DNA of 64,000 bases from Phoronis australis (taxonomy: Eukaryota > Animalia > Phoronida). Below are positions 25,835 through 39,900 of this stretch, piece by piece. The translations under genes and the position numbers were made by a program. Position 1 is the stretch's first letter, and the number at the start of each line of letters is the position of its first letter. The stretch lies in contig NMRA01000391.1 in NCBI GenBank assembly GCA_002633005.1, positions 62,001 to 126,000 on the forward strand, read 5' to 3'. The notes beneath the pieces are model-generated. The model made no database searches. It was not told the origin of the DNA and was given only the letters and a program-made list of their open reading frames with translations.

Positions 25835-27648
25835 GTAAGTTTACTTGAAGTTTGCCATGTGATAGGTTGATTCTCGAGTTGAGCTTCCACTCTTCATACA
25901 GCTAGCTGGCTGGCTAGGCTGAACCGTGAACTGGGTCGGAGTAGCAGTCTACTGTCTAGCTGGCCCATTAGAGACGGTGGATCTCCTATGGGAGCTTTAG
26001 TCATATGCCGGAACCTTTTCGACGAATTATGCTTCACACTGACTAAAACATCAAAGTCACATTGTTATAAATATCTTTTGCGTATAGAGGGACATCTTGC
26101 CCTTGGGCCTTGGTCCTTGGAGGCTGTTTGTATTTAATTCCTTCCAACTTGACGAAATACTCCCGTTATCAAACTTTTTCTTTGAGCAGTCCCTTGTTCA
26201 GTTAACAAAATCGGTAACTCGCCATTTTTAACACTGTGCGCGGCAGGTGGTATGATGTCATATACCCTGGCATGCTTAGCCTTAGTTTGATTTTCAGAGG
26301 GGTTTCACTACTCTGGCACCCCCTAGTGGAGATTCTGTTTTTTGCCCCCTAGTGGCAATGGCAATTTTACTTACATTTTCCTTTTTTTCTTGGTGAATTT
26401 TCACGAAATCCGGCCAATAGGAGGCATGCAATGATGCCATTCCCTTTGAAGGTTCTTTGCGAAATTCGACAGATGTGCTCCGATGGTAGCAGAAGACGAC
26501 AAGTTTCAGATCAATGGTACTATAGCTGTGCTTCCGTGTGTCAATTGTTTTTTTTTCATTTGCCTCTATATCTTAGGAGTTCCTTGGCTTATTTACATGA
26601 AATTTGGCAAAAAGAGACAGCACCACCTTCTCAATTAGGACAGGTTTGACACATTCTGCGCCATCTAAGGGCCATTTCTATGATACTAAAAATACCCATA
26701 GAAACACACCATTTGAAGTGCTGTTACAGTTCAACACTCTGCGTTGGACTTGTTCAGTGTTCATCATCTAGAACTGAGAAATGTGTGTCATGTACATACA
26801 TGTTATTGTATTAAGGAGGCATGACCATTCAACAGTCATGCACTATAAGCCACTATCACTGTTTAAGTGGAGCGCCCACCTGCACATATCCGATAACTAA
26901 GGTGGAAGTTGTTTGCTCGGTGCGTGACAATGACCACCTAATGCGAGCATGATGCACAAAAGAAAACCCATCTGTTTGTAACTGCAGCCATGCTGCAGCT
27001 GATTGTTACTTCTGCCCAAACCCACTTTTGCAGCCACACAGTGATTACAAGTGGCGCCAGTTACCCTACAACAAGTTACCGCACCTCGATAAGGTGGAGT
27101 AAGGTGTCACAAGTGGGGTAAGTTGCGCTAGTTTAAATAGCGTTCAGACAGCCCTCAAACCTAGTGTAACTTGTTCTAAGGTAAATCTGTGTGTGGACGA
27201 CACTTGCCAGGGGCTGGGGATTTTACTCCCCAGTGTCAAGATCAAAAAACAATGCAGCCAGTCTAGGCTCATTGGAAATTAATCATTTCCTCAGCAGATT
27301 AGGACATTTTAAATGGTTGGCAATAGTTCTGTACTGACTCCAAGAGTTTACATACAAACCCCTTCAGTATGGACATAGACTTTTCATTATGTTCTCTAAT
27401 TCTGAAATTTTGGTTGAGTATAAACTGTTCTGTTGTGGAAAGTATTGAATTGTGTCTCTGATGTCCAGACTGAAAATTTCAGTGGTTTTGATAGTCGACT
27501 TGAGTTTAAGCCTTTACTATGCAATTTACCACACTGTTCTAATTAGAAAATAGTGAAATTATCTTAAGATTTTTTCAGCACTGGCTCACATCTGATTTAC
27601 CGGTTAACATTCAAGGAGATGATTTGATGTTACACTCTCACATTAGTG

Positions 27649-27905
27649 ATGAGCAAGCAATTTGGTGTGAAGAAGCGTGGTGGAAGGCCCAACAGAGGTG
27701 GTGGACGGTTTAATAAACCTCGTGGAGGACACCACTCTAGCCCCAGGGGAGGTAGTCATGGTAACAGTAGAGGCAGAGGTAGTCATGGTAATAGTAGAGG
27801 CAGCGGATCTGGCGGGATGGGTAGCCGCAAAGGTGGGACGAGACTGTTTGATGATGGAGATGACTTCGCATTATTGGAACATGCTATACCACAGCTGGAT
27901 ACTAG
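27649..27905 (+). CDS. DHX57: DHX57 coding exon 1 (RGG/Gly-rich N-terminus)
   Basis: Acceptor ends at 27646, ATG at 27649, [20 protein letters not shown]..., donor AG|GTAAC. Confidence 0.85.
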
Positions 27906-30900
27906 GTAACTGAACAGTTCTGTTATGAAGACATTCCTGTATCTTTATGTAGCGATGACATATTGATGTGTACTGTGTGGCTAGATGGTGATAAAGCACT
28001 TGGTTGACAAAGTCTCAGTACCACTTTGAGTTCACCTGTAAAAGATTGAAGGCAGTAGGGTTTCATTGGGTTTTTCAATAAATTTTACTATCATGCCATC
28101 ATATTTCCTCTGTTGTGCAATAAAATAATTCAAATTATCCACAACAAATGTGCAAATTCTTAAAATATTCATGAATGAAAAATTGTGGACTATTTTCGTC
28201 TATACAACACATCTTACCCATCAGAATTTGAAACTTGGATCAATTAAAGTCAGTTTTGTGCTCTCGTTAAGAGCTTTATGGTAGATATTGTTTTCCCCCA
28301 GTTCTGGATACTGATTAAGTAGAATTGCTACCAATTAAAAAGGTTTTTGAACAGTAAGGTAAAACTTATGGCACATTTGAACATCAACTCTTTTATATTC
28401 CAGTGACTACATGGCTACACAAAGACCAAAACCCAAACACAGTGTTACCAAAGTGGCAATGCAAACTGTGTACATGACAGAGGAAAATCAAGCCATGGTA
28501 GAAGAGATGCTAAGGGAGATACATGACTCGGACAGTGATGAAGGGGAGTTATGCGGGTATGATACTTTGGTCAGTTTTCTCCAGCAGAACATTGATGAGA
28601 GGAGTTTTGTTGCAAAGCAATATGTCCGCCAAATTTGAAATTTTGGAACCACTTACTACGTCTTCAATCGGCACGGCTGCTCGGTACTTCAATCATTTTT
28701 TCACGAAACCAGTTATGTCCTACAGTGATGTATGCTCCAAAACAAGCCATTTTACCCAAACTGTGTTATGCATCACTCATATTCAAATTGGCCAGATGTC
28801 TTGTTTTGCAATGGAGCTCTTCATATGATATTGGTGTGTTAGCTGAAATTTTGTTCACCAAGACTCCAAGAGTCTTTAATGATAATGTATCATTTTCATG
28901 TAGAGTATCCTTTTTACAATACACATTTCAAAGGCAATGATACAACAAACAGGATATAAGACTAATGTTTGGTCTCTGTTTAAAATCTTGGTGCAGATTT
29001 TTATCAACTGACATTGGACAGTTAAATATATTTCCAAGTAACAATTATGAATTTGCATTGAGAATAGTTACGCTGCTGAGTCTTACGTCATCACATGACA
29101 TGACCTAGTAATAACATGTGTATAGGGTGTCTACTCGTTGCGCAGACAGAACTAGTCTGATACCTTGATTCACTTTAATATGCAAATTTTGAACATGTTC
29201 ATTATAGTTTCACTGTCAGAGTTAAAATTCTGTAGATATTTCACTAAATACCCAGACTTGTCAAAAAGGTTCTACATAATCTTATGACAAATGTATGGAC
29301 CATCGTATGGCCATGAACAGAAAAAGCACACGATATTAGAGTGTATGTGTGACTGTTTTATTGTTTGCATATTCAGTAGAATATTTCTCCAGAAGGGTAT
29401 AAAAACATTCCTTTTCTGGTCAATGAGAATTGGAGGACATCATGAAAAGTGTCAATTTTGTGTGGCAGTGAGTGCTTGTCTACTGTGAACTCACACTTAA
29501 ATTGCACAGTGGTTGCAAAATGACTTTTCTGTTGTATCAGTGAGGAATATGATGAACTGGATCACAGAGATGTGTCACAGTACTGGACTACTTCCTCTAA
29601 CCTCATTGTACAGGGTGCCCAGAGCAGTGCTGCCCCCTTTTTGGAGGAGCTTAGTGCATTGCCAATAGCATCTCATGTACAGGATGTGACAGAGGTGGCT
29701 CTCAATACATATGCTGTGAGGAAACTGATGAGGTATGGATGTAATTGTTGGTTTCGGACACAATTAGATCTTTGTTTAATGTGCATGATTTTTTTATAAA
29801 AAGTCGAATTTTATGGTTTTCAAGACACCCACGTGTGACAGTTTTCTTTAAGACTTTATCATGTGAGATTGTGACTTCATTTAAGTTTGTTGGTGTTCAA
29901 GGATTGCTATTCAGGATTTTGATTTTGAGCTATGAATGGAGTTAAAGCTATTCCTTTTTCTCAGGTATATATATGAGATAGAGAGTTTCGTCTCCCCAAA
30001 ATATTTACTTCCCGTTCATTACAGTTAGATTACTGTGCTGAGTTTCTGTAATTTATGATCTAATGTTTTTTTTTTGTTCAAGTGTTTTGAGGCACGGGTG
30101 CTGGGGTTTTCATTTGTCTCTGTAGCCAAGTAGACTCTTAGTTTCTTAGTTTATTTTTGCTTCTAGATATGGTTTCTCAAAAGATCGGTGCGAAGAGTCC
30201 TTGCGGAAGTGTAACGGTGATGTTGGGTCGTCGCTGGAGCATCTTCTCTGTGAATGCTGTGGTATTGAACAGGCCTCTTCTGAAGCAGAATGTGGTGACG
30301 AAGATGGCGAAAACAACGGCAATGACTTCACTGAAGCTGAGCTAGAATGGGAAGAAATTAAGGAGCAACGAAGGGAAGAAATGATGGCTCTTACGTCGAT
30401 CTACGGAGATACATTCAAGGAAATCATTCCTAATACAGTGTGGTCTATCTCCCTGGAATTGGCGTATGTGACAGATTTCACAAAGCAACTGAAGAACAGG
30501 GACTCTAAAGCTATCAAGCAACAGGCTGCGAGCAAAGACAATGCTAAACTGTGCAAGTTTTTTGTGAAAGGCAATTGTAAGTTTGGTGCTAAATGCCGTA
30601 ATCCTCATTCAATACCGGAGCAAGTAAGCAACAGAGACGACCTGACATTAAGTGTGCATTACTGTATTGATATAAGGTTTCCAAAGGGCAATCGCTACCC
30701 GAAGCAAATCCCGCTTATATTTTTCTCAACTACCAACCAGCTTTTCCCAGTTGGTAACATACTCCATGTCACATCAAAATTAATCGAGGAGGCCAGAACG
30801 CTTGTGGATGATAGTATGCCTGTGGTGTTTTCCCTTGTTTCTCTCCTTGAAAACGAAGACGAGATACTGCCGCTTTTGAAGTTGCCTGCTCATGAATTTA

Positions 30901-33900
30901 ACATCGCCAAACCAGTATTTGTAAATGTTAATCGGACAGTCAGGACTGACGAGGGAGTACAGAAAACTCAGCCGAAAGAGGCTGATAAAGGCCAAGAAGC
31001 AATCAGTGATGACTTTGTTGGCGATGACTCTGAAAACGAAAAGGGTGGCTATACTCGTCTTGAGAGTAGCTATAGACTGAAAGGTCATCCAAGTGCTAAA
31101 TCTCGATATGCTCCTTGTGTCGATGACAAAAGTTTCTTGAAAGAAAATAAGAAAATTATCGACAAGTTCCATAAATTACAGGTAATTGCTGGTGTAGGCT
31201 GATTTCACAATCAAACACTACACTAAAATTTAATTAAATATGGACGAAAATAATTGCCTGTTTTAATTTTGCAAGGTCTTCTATTACTGTTGTAAATTAA
31301 AATACAGAAAAACAAGAATAAGTCAAGTACTGGAATTTGTTTACTTGAGTTTGCAATGTTGCGTCCGTCTCTCATGGACTTCAGCTTGACTAGTGGTCTT
31401 ACTATCGTTCTGGCCAATAGGTGGCGTTTTAACCAGATGACGAAGCATTTTAATCAGACGGCGCCACCTGTTCGCCAAAATGATGGTAACACCACTAGCT
31501 GACTCAAGCAAATTCTAGTATTTGACTTAATAAGTCTTTCTGTATGTTGTTACCTCAAATGGATGTCTCACAATGTTTATGCTTTTATTGTTGGAAATTT
31601 TTTGCAACACTTCCAAATATTCTATGGTGTTAGTTATGGTACAGAACTTGGTTGATATTCATTAAGGGTGCTGCTTGTAAAATGAGACATTTCCCTTGTC
31701 CACCTTGTTGTGTCCTAAGTTGGTCAGATTTTGCCTTTTATGCCATTCCATTTGAGATTTAAACTCACTTCTCTGGCACTTAATACTGTTCAATATTAGC
31801 AACATTAAAGCCTATCTTGAACGCTAACACTGGTAAATTTGGATCCTACAGTATGTTAAGAGCATCACTCTGAGCCCACTAGTTCCATAAATTGTCAAAT
31901 GTAACGAACTGTTAGGCGTATTGGTTTACGTCACCGCAAAAATCATAGATGCGAATAACATTCAGACCCCTATTCAACACAACTGTCATCAACCTTTTGC
32001 TGTTTGTGCATGGATCTTGCGGTAATGCAATAGGGCGTGAAAAGGCAGCTTCACCTATCATTTGACGGACCTACATGTGCATGATTAAAATTGCGTTTTC
32101 TTATTTTACTAAGGCTTTGCTAGGAGTACCTGGTAAGCCCAATACGTCTAAAATAACAAAATTCCATTGAAGTTAGGCTTTAAGTTATTTCTTTTTTTCC
32201 AGGTTGACATGTTTGTCATTGTTTTCAACATGAATCATTGAAAGTGCAATATTCCTGTTTGTAGTCTTCGAAACAGTATGTTGAGATGCTCATGACACGG
32301 CGCAAGTTACCTGCGTGGAAACTCATGGATGAAGTAACTAGCAAACTGAGAGAGAACCAGGTGATTGTTGTATCAGGAATGACTGGGTGAGCATTGTTTC
32401 AGGTTTTCAACAAAAGTGCTTATTACATTATGGCGTTTTTCCGTTGCTTCCAACTTGTTCGATTCTATAGCCCAACAACAAGTTGGGAAGATGTCCCCTG
32501 TAACCAATATCTTACACGACTGATTATTAACTCCATTCTGGCATTTATGGTTAGAGGGCCAGCTCTCTTTTGTTCGATAATTGCCCTAATCTCCAATAAG
32601 ATTGCATCTAGCCTGATTGGTCGGTGCTGTTAAAAATAAAAATTATGTTATAATGTATTTGAACATAAACCAATAGCATTTCTGAAATCCTCATCAAATG
32701 GTGATCATGTTTAGTTTTTGAATCACCAAAATTGCCCAACTACAACCGAAGTCACGACAATCTATTCTTTCCGAGTGTACCAATTCGCTCTGGGTTTGAC
32801 TGTGTTCGCACGTGGTCTGTAACAAGCCTAGTAGATAATTGGCCTGCTTATTGTCATACCAGACAAAAGACTGTGCTTGGCAGTTAACAAGGAAGCTACA
32901 TGTTATCACACGCTCACAACCCTCTGCGTCTGGTAAAGTCACTGAACGTGAAAACGCCGTCATGAACTTCATCAGCACTTATCCTTCTCATTGGACAATT
33001 TTTAAGGGGAAATTCCTCCCCACCAATTTTGTGTGGTGTCTAGTTGTTTGTCTAAGATGAATGCTGTCAATATCTGTACCCAAATTAAGGCATAGAGGGC
33101 TCTGCATGTTATCTTATTACATAATCTGTATCTTTCCTTATGCCAACTGCTGTAGAGTGAATTGCACTAGGAAAATTGACATGGTAGGTAATTAATGGTG
33201 TATCGGCTATGTATAATTTATCTACCAAGTTTGGTGATGTGTTTCATGTAAATATAAATTCAGTACAAGATAACTTCTTTGTAACTGTGAATGTATTGCA
33301 CTTGTATGTTTTCACAGGTGTGGCAAAACTACCCAGATACCCCAGTTTATATTGGACTCGCACATCATTCAGAACAACCCTCGTTTTTTGTGTAATATCG
33401 TGTGTACACAACCACGTCGTCTCTCCGCCATGGCAGTGGCTGAGCGAGTGTCCGAAGAGAGGCTTGAGAAACTGGGTCAAACTGTGGGTTATCAAATCCG
33501 ATTGGAGAGCGTTATGGTGGGTGTTGTGCAGCAACAGCTGTGAAGGGAGGTGCTCATATTTTGAGAAGCGTATTTCTAATATTATACCTTATTTGCTTGT
33601 AGGATTGCTCTGGAATTTGCTCAAAGTTTCAACAACGCAAGAACATAATCATATTTGTCATTGTTGATCAATGTGATGCATACATTTTCATGACCATATG
33701 ACTGTTGAAAGTTTGAATTCAGCAAAATTCTTGCAAACACATTTGAGAGTTCTCACTCACAAATGCTTTTGTTTGTAAGGTCACTGTTCACAAAATGGGA
33801 AACAATAATTTAACAACAAGTTTCACAGCTTTAATATTTAGTTTTGTATAAATCATGAAATACTTTAAATAAATGCTGTTTCATTAAAAATTACAGAATA

Positions 33901-36900
33901 ACTTAGTCATGTGGTTAAGATTGTCAATCATGACTATGGTCAGGTCCTTTTTTGTTGCATAAGACTGGAAGGCAACTGTCGTGAATTCCTTTGTCTTCTT
34001 CATCTGGTGCACAGGAAAATCCGTGGGTTTTCAAACTTGAATATGCTATTTAAACATTTTGTTTCTGCTCCTGGGTTTGGTCATGGATTGTTTACACCAC
34101 GATATAACTATCACCTTCTATGTGATGTACATCTTTACAGTCGGAAGCTACGCGGCTGTTGTTCTGCACTACCGGTATATTACTGAGACGACTTGAGAGC
34201 GATGGCACTCTGCAAGGAGTGACACATGTCATTATTGATGAAGTGCATGAGAGAACGGAGGAAAGGTACGTCTTGGCTAGTACTCAGTGTGAGTCACATC
34301 ACTAGTCACAAAAAGATATGTACCATAAGACTAGTACCTAGTATGTTTGGCCAGATCATACAAAACTTGTGAAACAAATAATCTCGCTGGGGTTTCACGT
34401 GTGGCCAAAGCTGCATTCCTTAGACCTAAGACAATTGCAAGAAAAGTTAGTGTGATCACATGCTTTGCTTACAATCTGTGATGTCATCTGGCAAAGATTT
34501 ATGTGGTTTTACATTTTCACAATGTTCTTGCATCTACGGATGTTATTAAAAGGTTTTATGAATAGTTTCCTGTTGTTAGGGACAAGTCAAATTGAGGTTT
34601 TATAGAGAGGAGCCAAATTGTATCCCTGTTTAGCACTGGTATATAACATAAAAGCAACATGTCAAGATTATGATCTCCTGTTCAAACTCTGCTCACAGAG
34701 CACCATTCAGAGCTTGTTCCCGTAGACACAATAATTTTGCGAGTACAGGTAAGGTAATCACATTCTTCACTTGCAATGCATGGTGATATCTAGCAGTCTT
34801 GCGTGTTCTTTCACTTTGCAAGTTTCTTGTGGCCATGTAATCCAGCTGTACAAGACTAAAGCAAGAATCGACATCTTTCACAACTCGGCCATTATAATAT
34901 GCTACCCAGGGAGTTGAGAGAGTAAACTATGTAAATTTCAGTATATTGTCAATTGTTGTTCTTTGATGCATTTAGATAAAAATATTTTTCAGAAATAGTT
35001 ATTTGCAATAGACCCATGAACTGGTATGCTGTAACTCATGTAAGTTACTGAAGTGTGACTGCAGTTGACACAGCCTTAATAGACACTGGTGTAACATGTG
35101 GCCATGTCTGTCTTCTTTCAGTGATTTCCTTATGATGGTGTTACGTGACCTGTTGCCTAGGAGGCGTGACCTCAAGCTGATTCTGATGAGCGCTACTTTG
35201 AATGCTGATCTGTTTTCCTCTTATTTTAAAAGATGTCCTGTTATTGATATACCTGGTAAGGATCTCATGACCACTGAGTGGAGAAACAATGCGCTGCGTG
35301 CTCTTGTAAATACTCCTTGACTTATAAATCAGGTATAAGTCACAGTAAAAATGATTACAATTTGTCCAATGCCTGAAATGCATGTCCAGGAGAAGTCAGT
35401 TGGGTTCATTGCACAAAACGCTTGAATGCAGCTTGTGAGAACCTTTTTATGTGAATATAACCATCAGGCTCTTCGTGAGGTAGACTGAAGAAGTGTATAG
35501 CTATGTAAGCCACAGTCCTCTCCTGTTGATCTTTGGCATTTGATCAAAGTTTATATTGTTAGATAGTGTCCACAGTCACCACAGCGTGGTCATCTCACTT
35601 AACCTTCTATCCCACCAGGTAGTATCTGCACAGGCACCAAATTGTTCCTGCACCCTTGTGAAGGAAGTGAATTACCATGATGATTAAATATTACTTTTAC
35701 TTACTAAATTTCAAACTAAAATATAATTTGATTAAATGTTTGACAATTCTTCATTAGCAGTTAGTACTTAATTTTGAGTGAAAGATTTAATTTCAAAATT
35801 CACCACGATGAGCTTTCTTTAATTTGTCTATTTCTGGTACCAAAGTGAAATATATCGTATAATCATGATACAAAAATTTCTTAATTTTCTTTTCAGGTAA
35901 AGCCTTTCCTGTAGACCAGTATTTTCTGGAGGATGTTCTAGAACTTTCCAAGTACGCACTTGAAGAGAACTCCCCCTACGCTCGTCCGCTGAAGCGTGCT
36001 AACTCGTCAAGGGTTGAAGATGTGGAGGATGAGTTAGCCTCACTCTCAGTTTGTAACCGCGGTGACAAGTATCCCCGTGACAACATACAGGACCAGAACT
36101 TGACTGTAAAGGAGTTATTTATGAGATATTCAGGTAATGATGAAAATTTGTCATAAAAGTTAGTATCAAAAAGTTCAAAAATCAATGTTTTGTTTATTTT
36201 TCACTGGTTGGTTTTTTGTATTATTTTGCATCTGTTTATCTATTTCTGCATTGAACTATACCATTTGCCTTAACATGCATTTTTTTATTTTTATTATGCT
36301 ATATAACAGGACAATGTGTAAACATTAAAGTAGCAAATTTGTTACCTCCTCTCAACCAAACCAGTAGGTGTCGCTACTGATGGACAATTTTGCAACTTTC
36401 ATTTTCATGCTGTTAAACTGTCATTTTGCAATGATGAATTTTTGAACACAAGACTAGTCAATGGCAAAACGATCAGTTTTTGATGACAAGTACAAACTGG
36501 AACGTTGGCAACACAGTTTTGCAAGTTCTGTTTTATAGCAGTTATGATTTCTAACTAGATTATAGGAAGTCGGCAATAAAGACCTTGGCTGTTATGGATC
36601 ACGAGAAGATCAATTATGATTTGATAGAAGCCATTTTGGACTGGATCATCTGCGGGGAGCATGAGGTGAGTGTTGTCATTGCTGTTCATTTTCACATTGT
36701 CAAGTAAGTAATGCAAAGCAAAGTCTGTTGTGCATCTTTCCTCGTGAGATGGCCATCATTATTTTCAGTCACTTCACTTATTAAAGTCATGTTTAGTGCT
36801 GTTTTGGTAACTATTACTTCACACAGTGGTGAGTGTACATGTTTTGATTTAATTTTGAGACGCATCACAAAAATTGTGTCATAAAATAAAACAAGGTTAC

Positions 36901-39900
36901 ACTTTTTGGTTTCCGTAGTTATACTTCTAAGTTAGGTATTTATGCCCACCACATCTGCGCTCATTAAGATGTTTAATAACTCCTCTTTTAGTTCTAAGTA
37001 TGTTTTACTACAGTTACAGTCACAATTAGCCTGACAATAAATAGCATCTCAGGACTTGAAAGCAACGTAATTTGTCATATGGAAACTGACAATTCATTCT
37101 TAACATTTTGTTTTATTTTTGTTTCGAGATGGCATTAACTGATTTCTAGTTGGGCTCTTTAATAAAATTATGCTATAACAAGTAGAACAATTATTAAAAA
37201 TGTAATGAAATAATATTTATAAATAAATGAGAATGCAACAAAGAAATTGGAAACTTGATGACACATGGAGTGTAAAAAGTAAGTAGGACAAGCGAGTGAC
37301 TTGTATAATTATACGATGTACAGAACATTGATCATTGGATGAAATGTACAATTATATTAGTTAAAAATTAACTTTGCTAAGGATTATCAATCTGAAGTTC
37401 AGGTGAATTCTGTCACCTCCAAAGCATGGTGTAGTGTTTCGAGTATTTCAACTTTTCAGAATTGTTTTTGTTTAGTATCCAAAAGATGGCGCTGTGCTGA
37501 TATTTCTCCCGGGGATGGCGGAGATCCAGCAAATGTATGAACAGCTCATTAGCAGTCGAACGTTTGGTGGACGAGCTAACAAGGACAGGTGATACTTTGG
37601 AATGTGTGGGCTCACTCCTTTTGATCTTGTTTACTAATTCCATTTTTTCTCCATTAATACTGTAAAAAATTTAATGTGCTAGTCTTTTAAGATGATGCCT
37701 AATACTAACTTTTAAATGTTACAACTTCTTACTGTTACACACTTTGAGTACGATGTCTGTCAGATCGATGTTATTAGGGCATTATAATTCCTTTAAATTT
37801 GAGACTTGCGTGTTAGTCATTTCAAGTTAATTTGAGTTACACAAGTCATTAGCCCTGTGTATATGGATACAGTCAAGCCATAAAAGTGTGTTATGCACCT
37901 TTTTGTGTCAACTTTATGTCATGTAAGCTGATAATGACAGAAGCTTTCTTCAGTGTAGGTTTTTCAGTTTTGTATGTGGAGGTGGATATAGGTTAAGTTT
38001 TTAGTTCTAAAATTTAGATATTGGTGGCCATGAAAATAACTAAATGACCTCATACCTTTGTGAGTGCAAACTGTCAAGGTGTACATGCCATGCTTCAGGT
38101 TCAAGATTATCCCACTCCACTCCACGCTGTCTAGTGAAGAGCAGCATACTGTGTTCAAGTGAGTTTCACTTTGTTCAAGTTGTCTGTCTGAACATCAAGG
38201 TTATTTTTGCGTAAATAGCTTTGAACTTAAGTCTTGGTAAATATGTGAAAGAAGCCAGATAATTGGCATCTGCATATTTAGGAGTTTTCAATGATGTAAA
38301 TCTGATTAATTAGAAGCTGGGTTAAAACCATCAACCACAGCATTGGAAATATATTGTTATGGATTAACCACAATGTTTTATTTATTTCATGCGAAATTGC
38401 CATCCTCCATGCTATTGTTCAACCTGTTGTGCATTCAAACTTATTGATAAAAGAGATGGCGGGATCTTTGTATGCATTCGTCATGACATATGTTTTAGAT
38501 TTTGTGGTGATATCATTCCCTAAAGTCTGCAGTTTTATTACGTATTTGTTTTTGGATAGACTTATCAAAATGTTACTCTAGAGAGTGGAGCTGTTGATTT
38601 GACAGGAACCAGCAGAACTGTTGTTTACATTGAAACGAGGAGTTTAATACCATACTTCATTAATCAATTCTGTCGCACTCAAGGTTAAGTTTTCCATCTT
38701 GTATTGTTAAGAACCACTTAAATACGTGATTACTAATGGTTATGTGTTCACTGCCTGAATAAAAGTTTTTGAGTTTGTTTATCATTCTCTTATAGCCGCC
38801 CAGCAAAAGGTGTTACTAAAATTGTGATTGCAACGAATATAGCAGAAACATCTATCACCATTGATGACATTGTGTTTGTGATTGACTCTGGGCGAATGAA
38901 GGAAAAACGGTTAGTAAAATTCTGCATTCCAATGCCTTTTTACGTCAGTTTAAAAAAATGTTGATTTTCATCAAAGTTTGTCAAAAATTGTGAAAAAAAA
39001 ACTGAAGAATGTCTGCTGGAAATTGTTTGTAAATAATCAGAAATTACCCGAGAATTCTTGTAAAAACACAAAGAAAGGCTGTCTTCCTTATGACAGGTAT
39101 TTCGTAGATTGTGGTAAAGAGAGCATTGATTAAGCAGAATTAGCAGGTATTAATAGTCAGCTGCCTTGGCCATGTGATTTTTATGGGCCTCACTTGCTGT
39201 TTATCAAAGTTGGTTTAGTTCAGCAATATGGCTGTGTCCAGTTATTTCTAGCCTTCTAATGTACGGTAACACTTCCCCAGTTTAGGCCACAATATGGCCC
39301 ACTAGTGGAATTTTATTTGATCATTTTCCCATGAAACCTCTGCAGCACCAAGTTGAATACTTTTCACATTCAAGTTTTGTACCACAACTAACACCTGACA
39401 AAGTTTTGAAAATTGTGGGCTTTCACAACAATGTTAGAGTCTTTTGAATATGAAAAATGACGCTTTTTTAGCAACTATTGTTTTTGTCCAAAATTGGTGA
39501 GTTTTACTTCTAATTAAATACAGGGTTAAAGTGCGTTGGCCTTCTGGATGGTAGACCCAATATACCTGTGAAGAAAGTTTGTTTGACACGAGAATATGGT
39601 TAGTAGTGGCTTTAATCTATCATTGCAACTTTTGATTTCTTTGTGCTAGGTATGATCCAACCAAAAACATGGAAAGCTTGGATACCGTTTGGGTGTCGAG
39701 AGCAAATGCTGTTCAGCGAAAGGGACGAGCTGGCAGGGTGACATCTGGTGTTAGCTTCCATCTGTTCACAGGCCATCGTTACGAGCATCACATGCGAGAC
39801 CAGCCTATTCCAGAGATACAGCGCGCTCCACTCGAGCAACTCATTCTGAAGATTAAACTGCTGGATTTGTTTAAAAACATGAACTTAAGGGTAATTATTA

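Noticed and set aside
30342-31172. Antisense ORFs overlapping DHX57 exon 4
   Set aside because: Typical shadow frames of a long coding exon.
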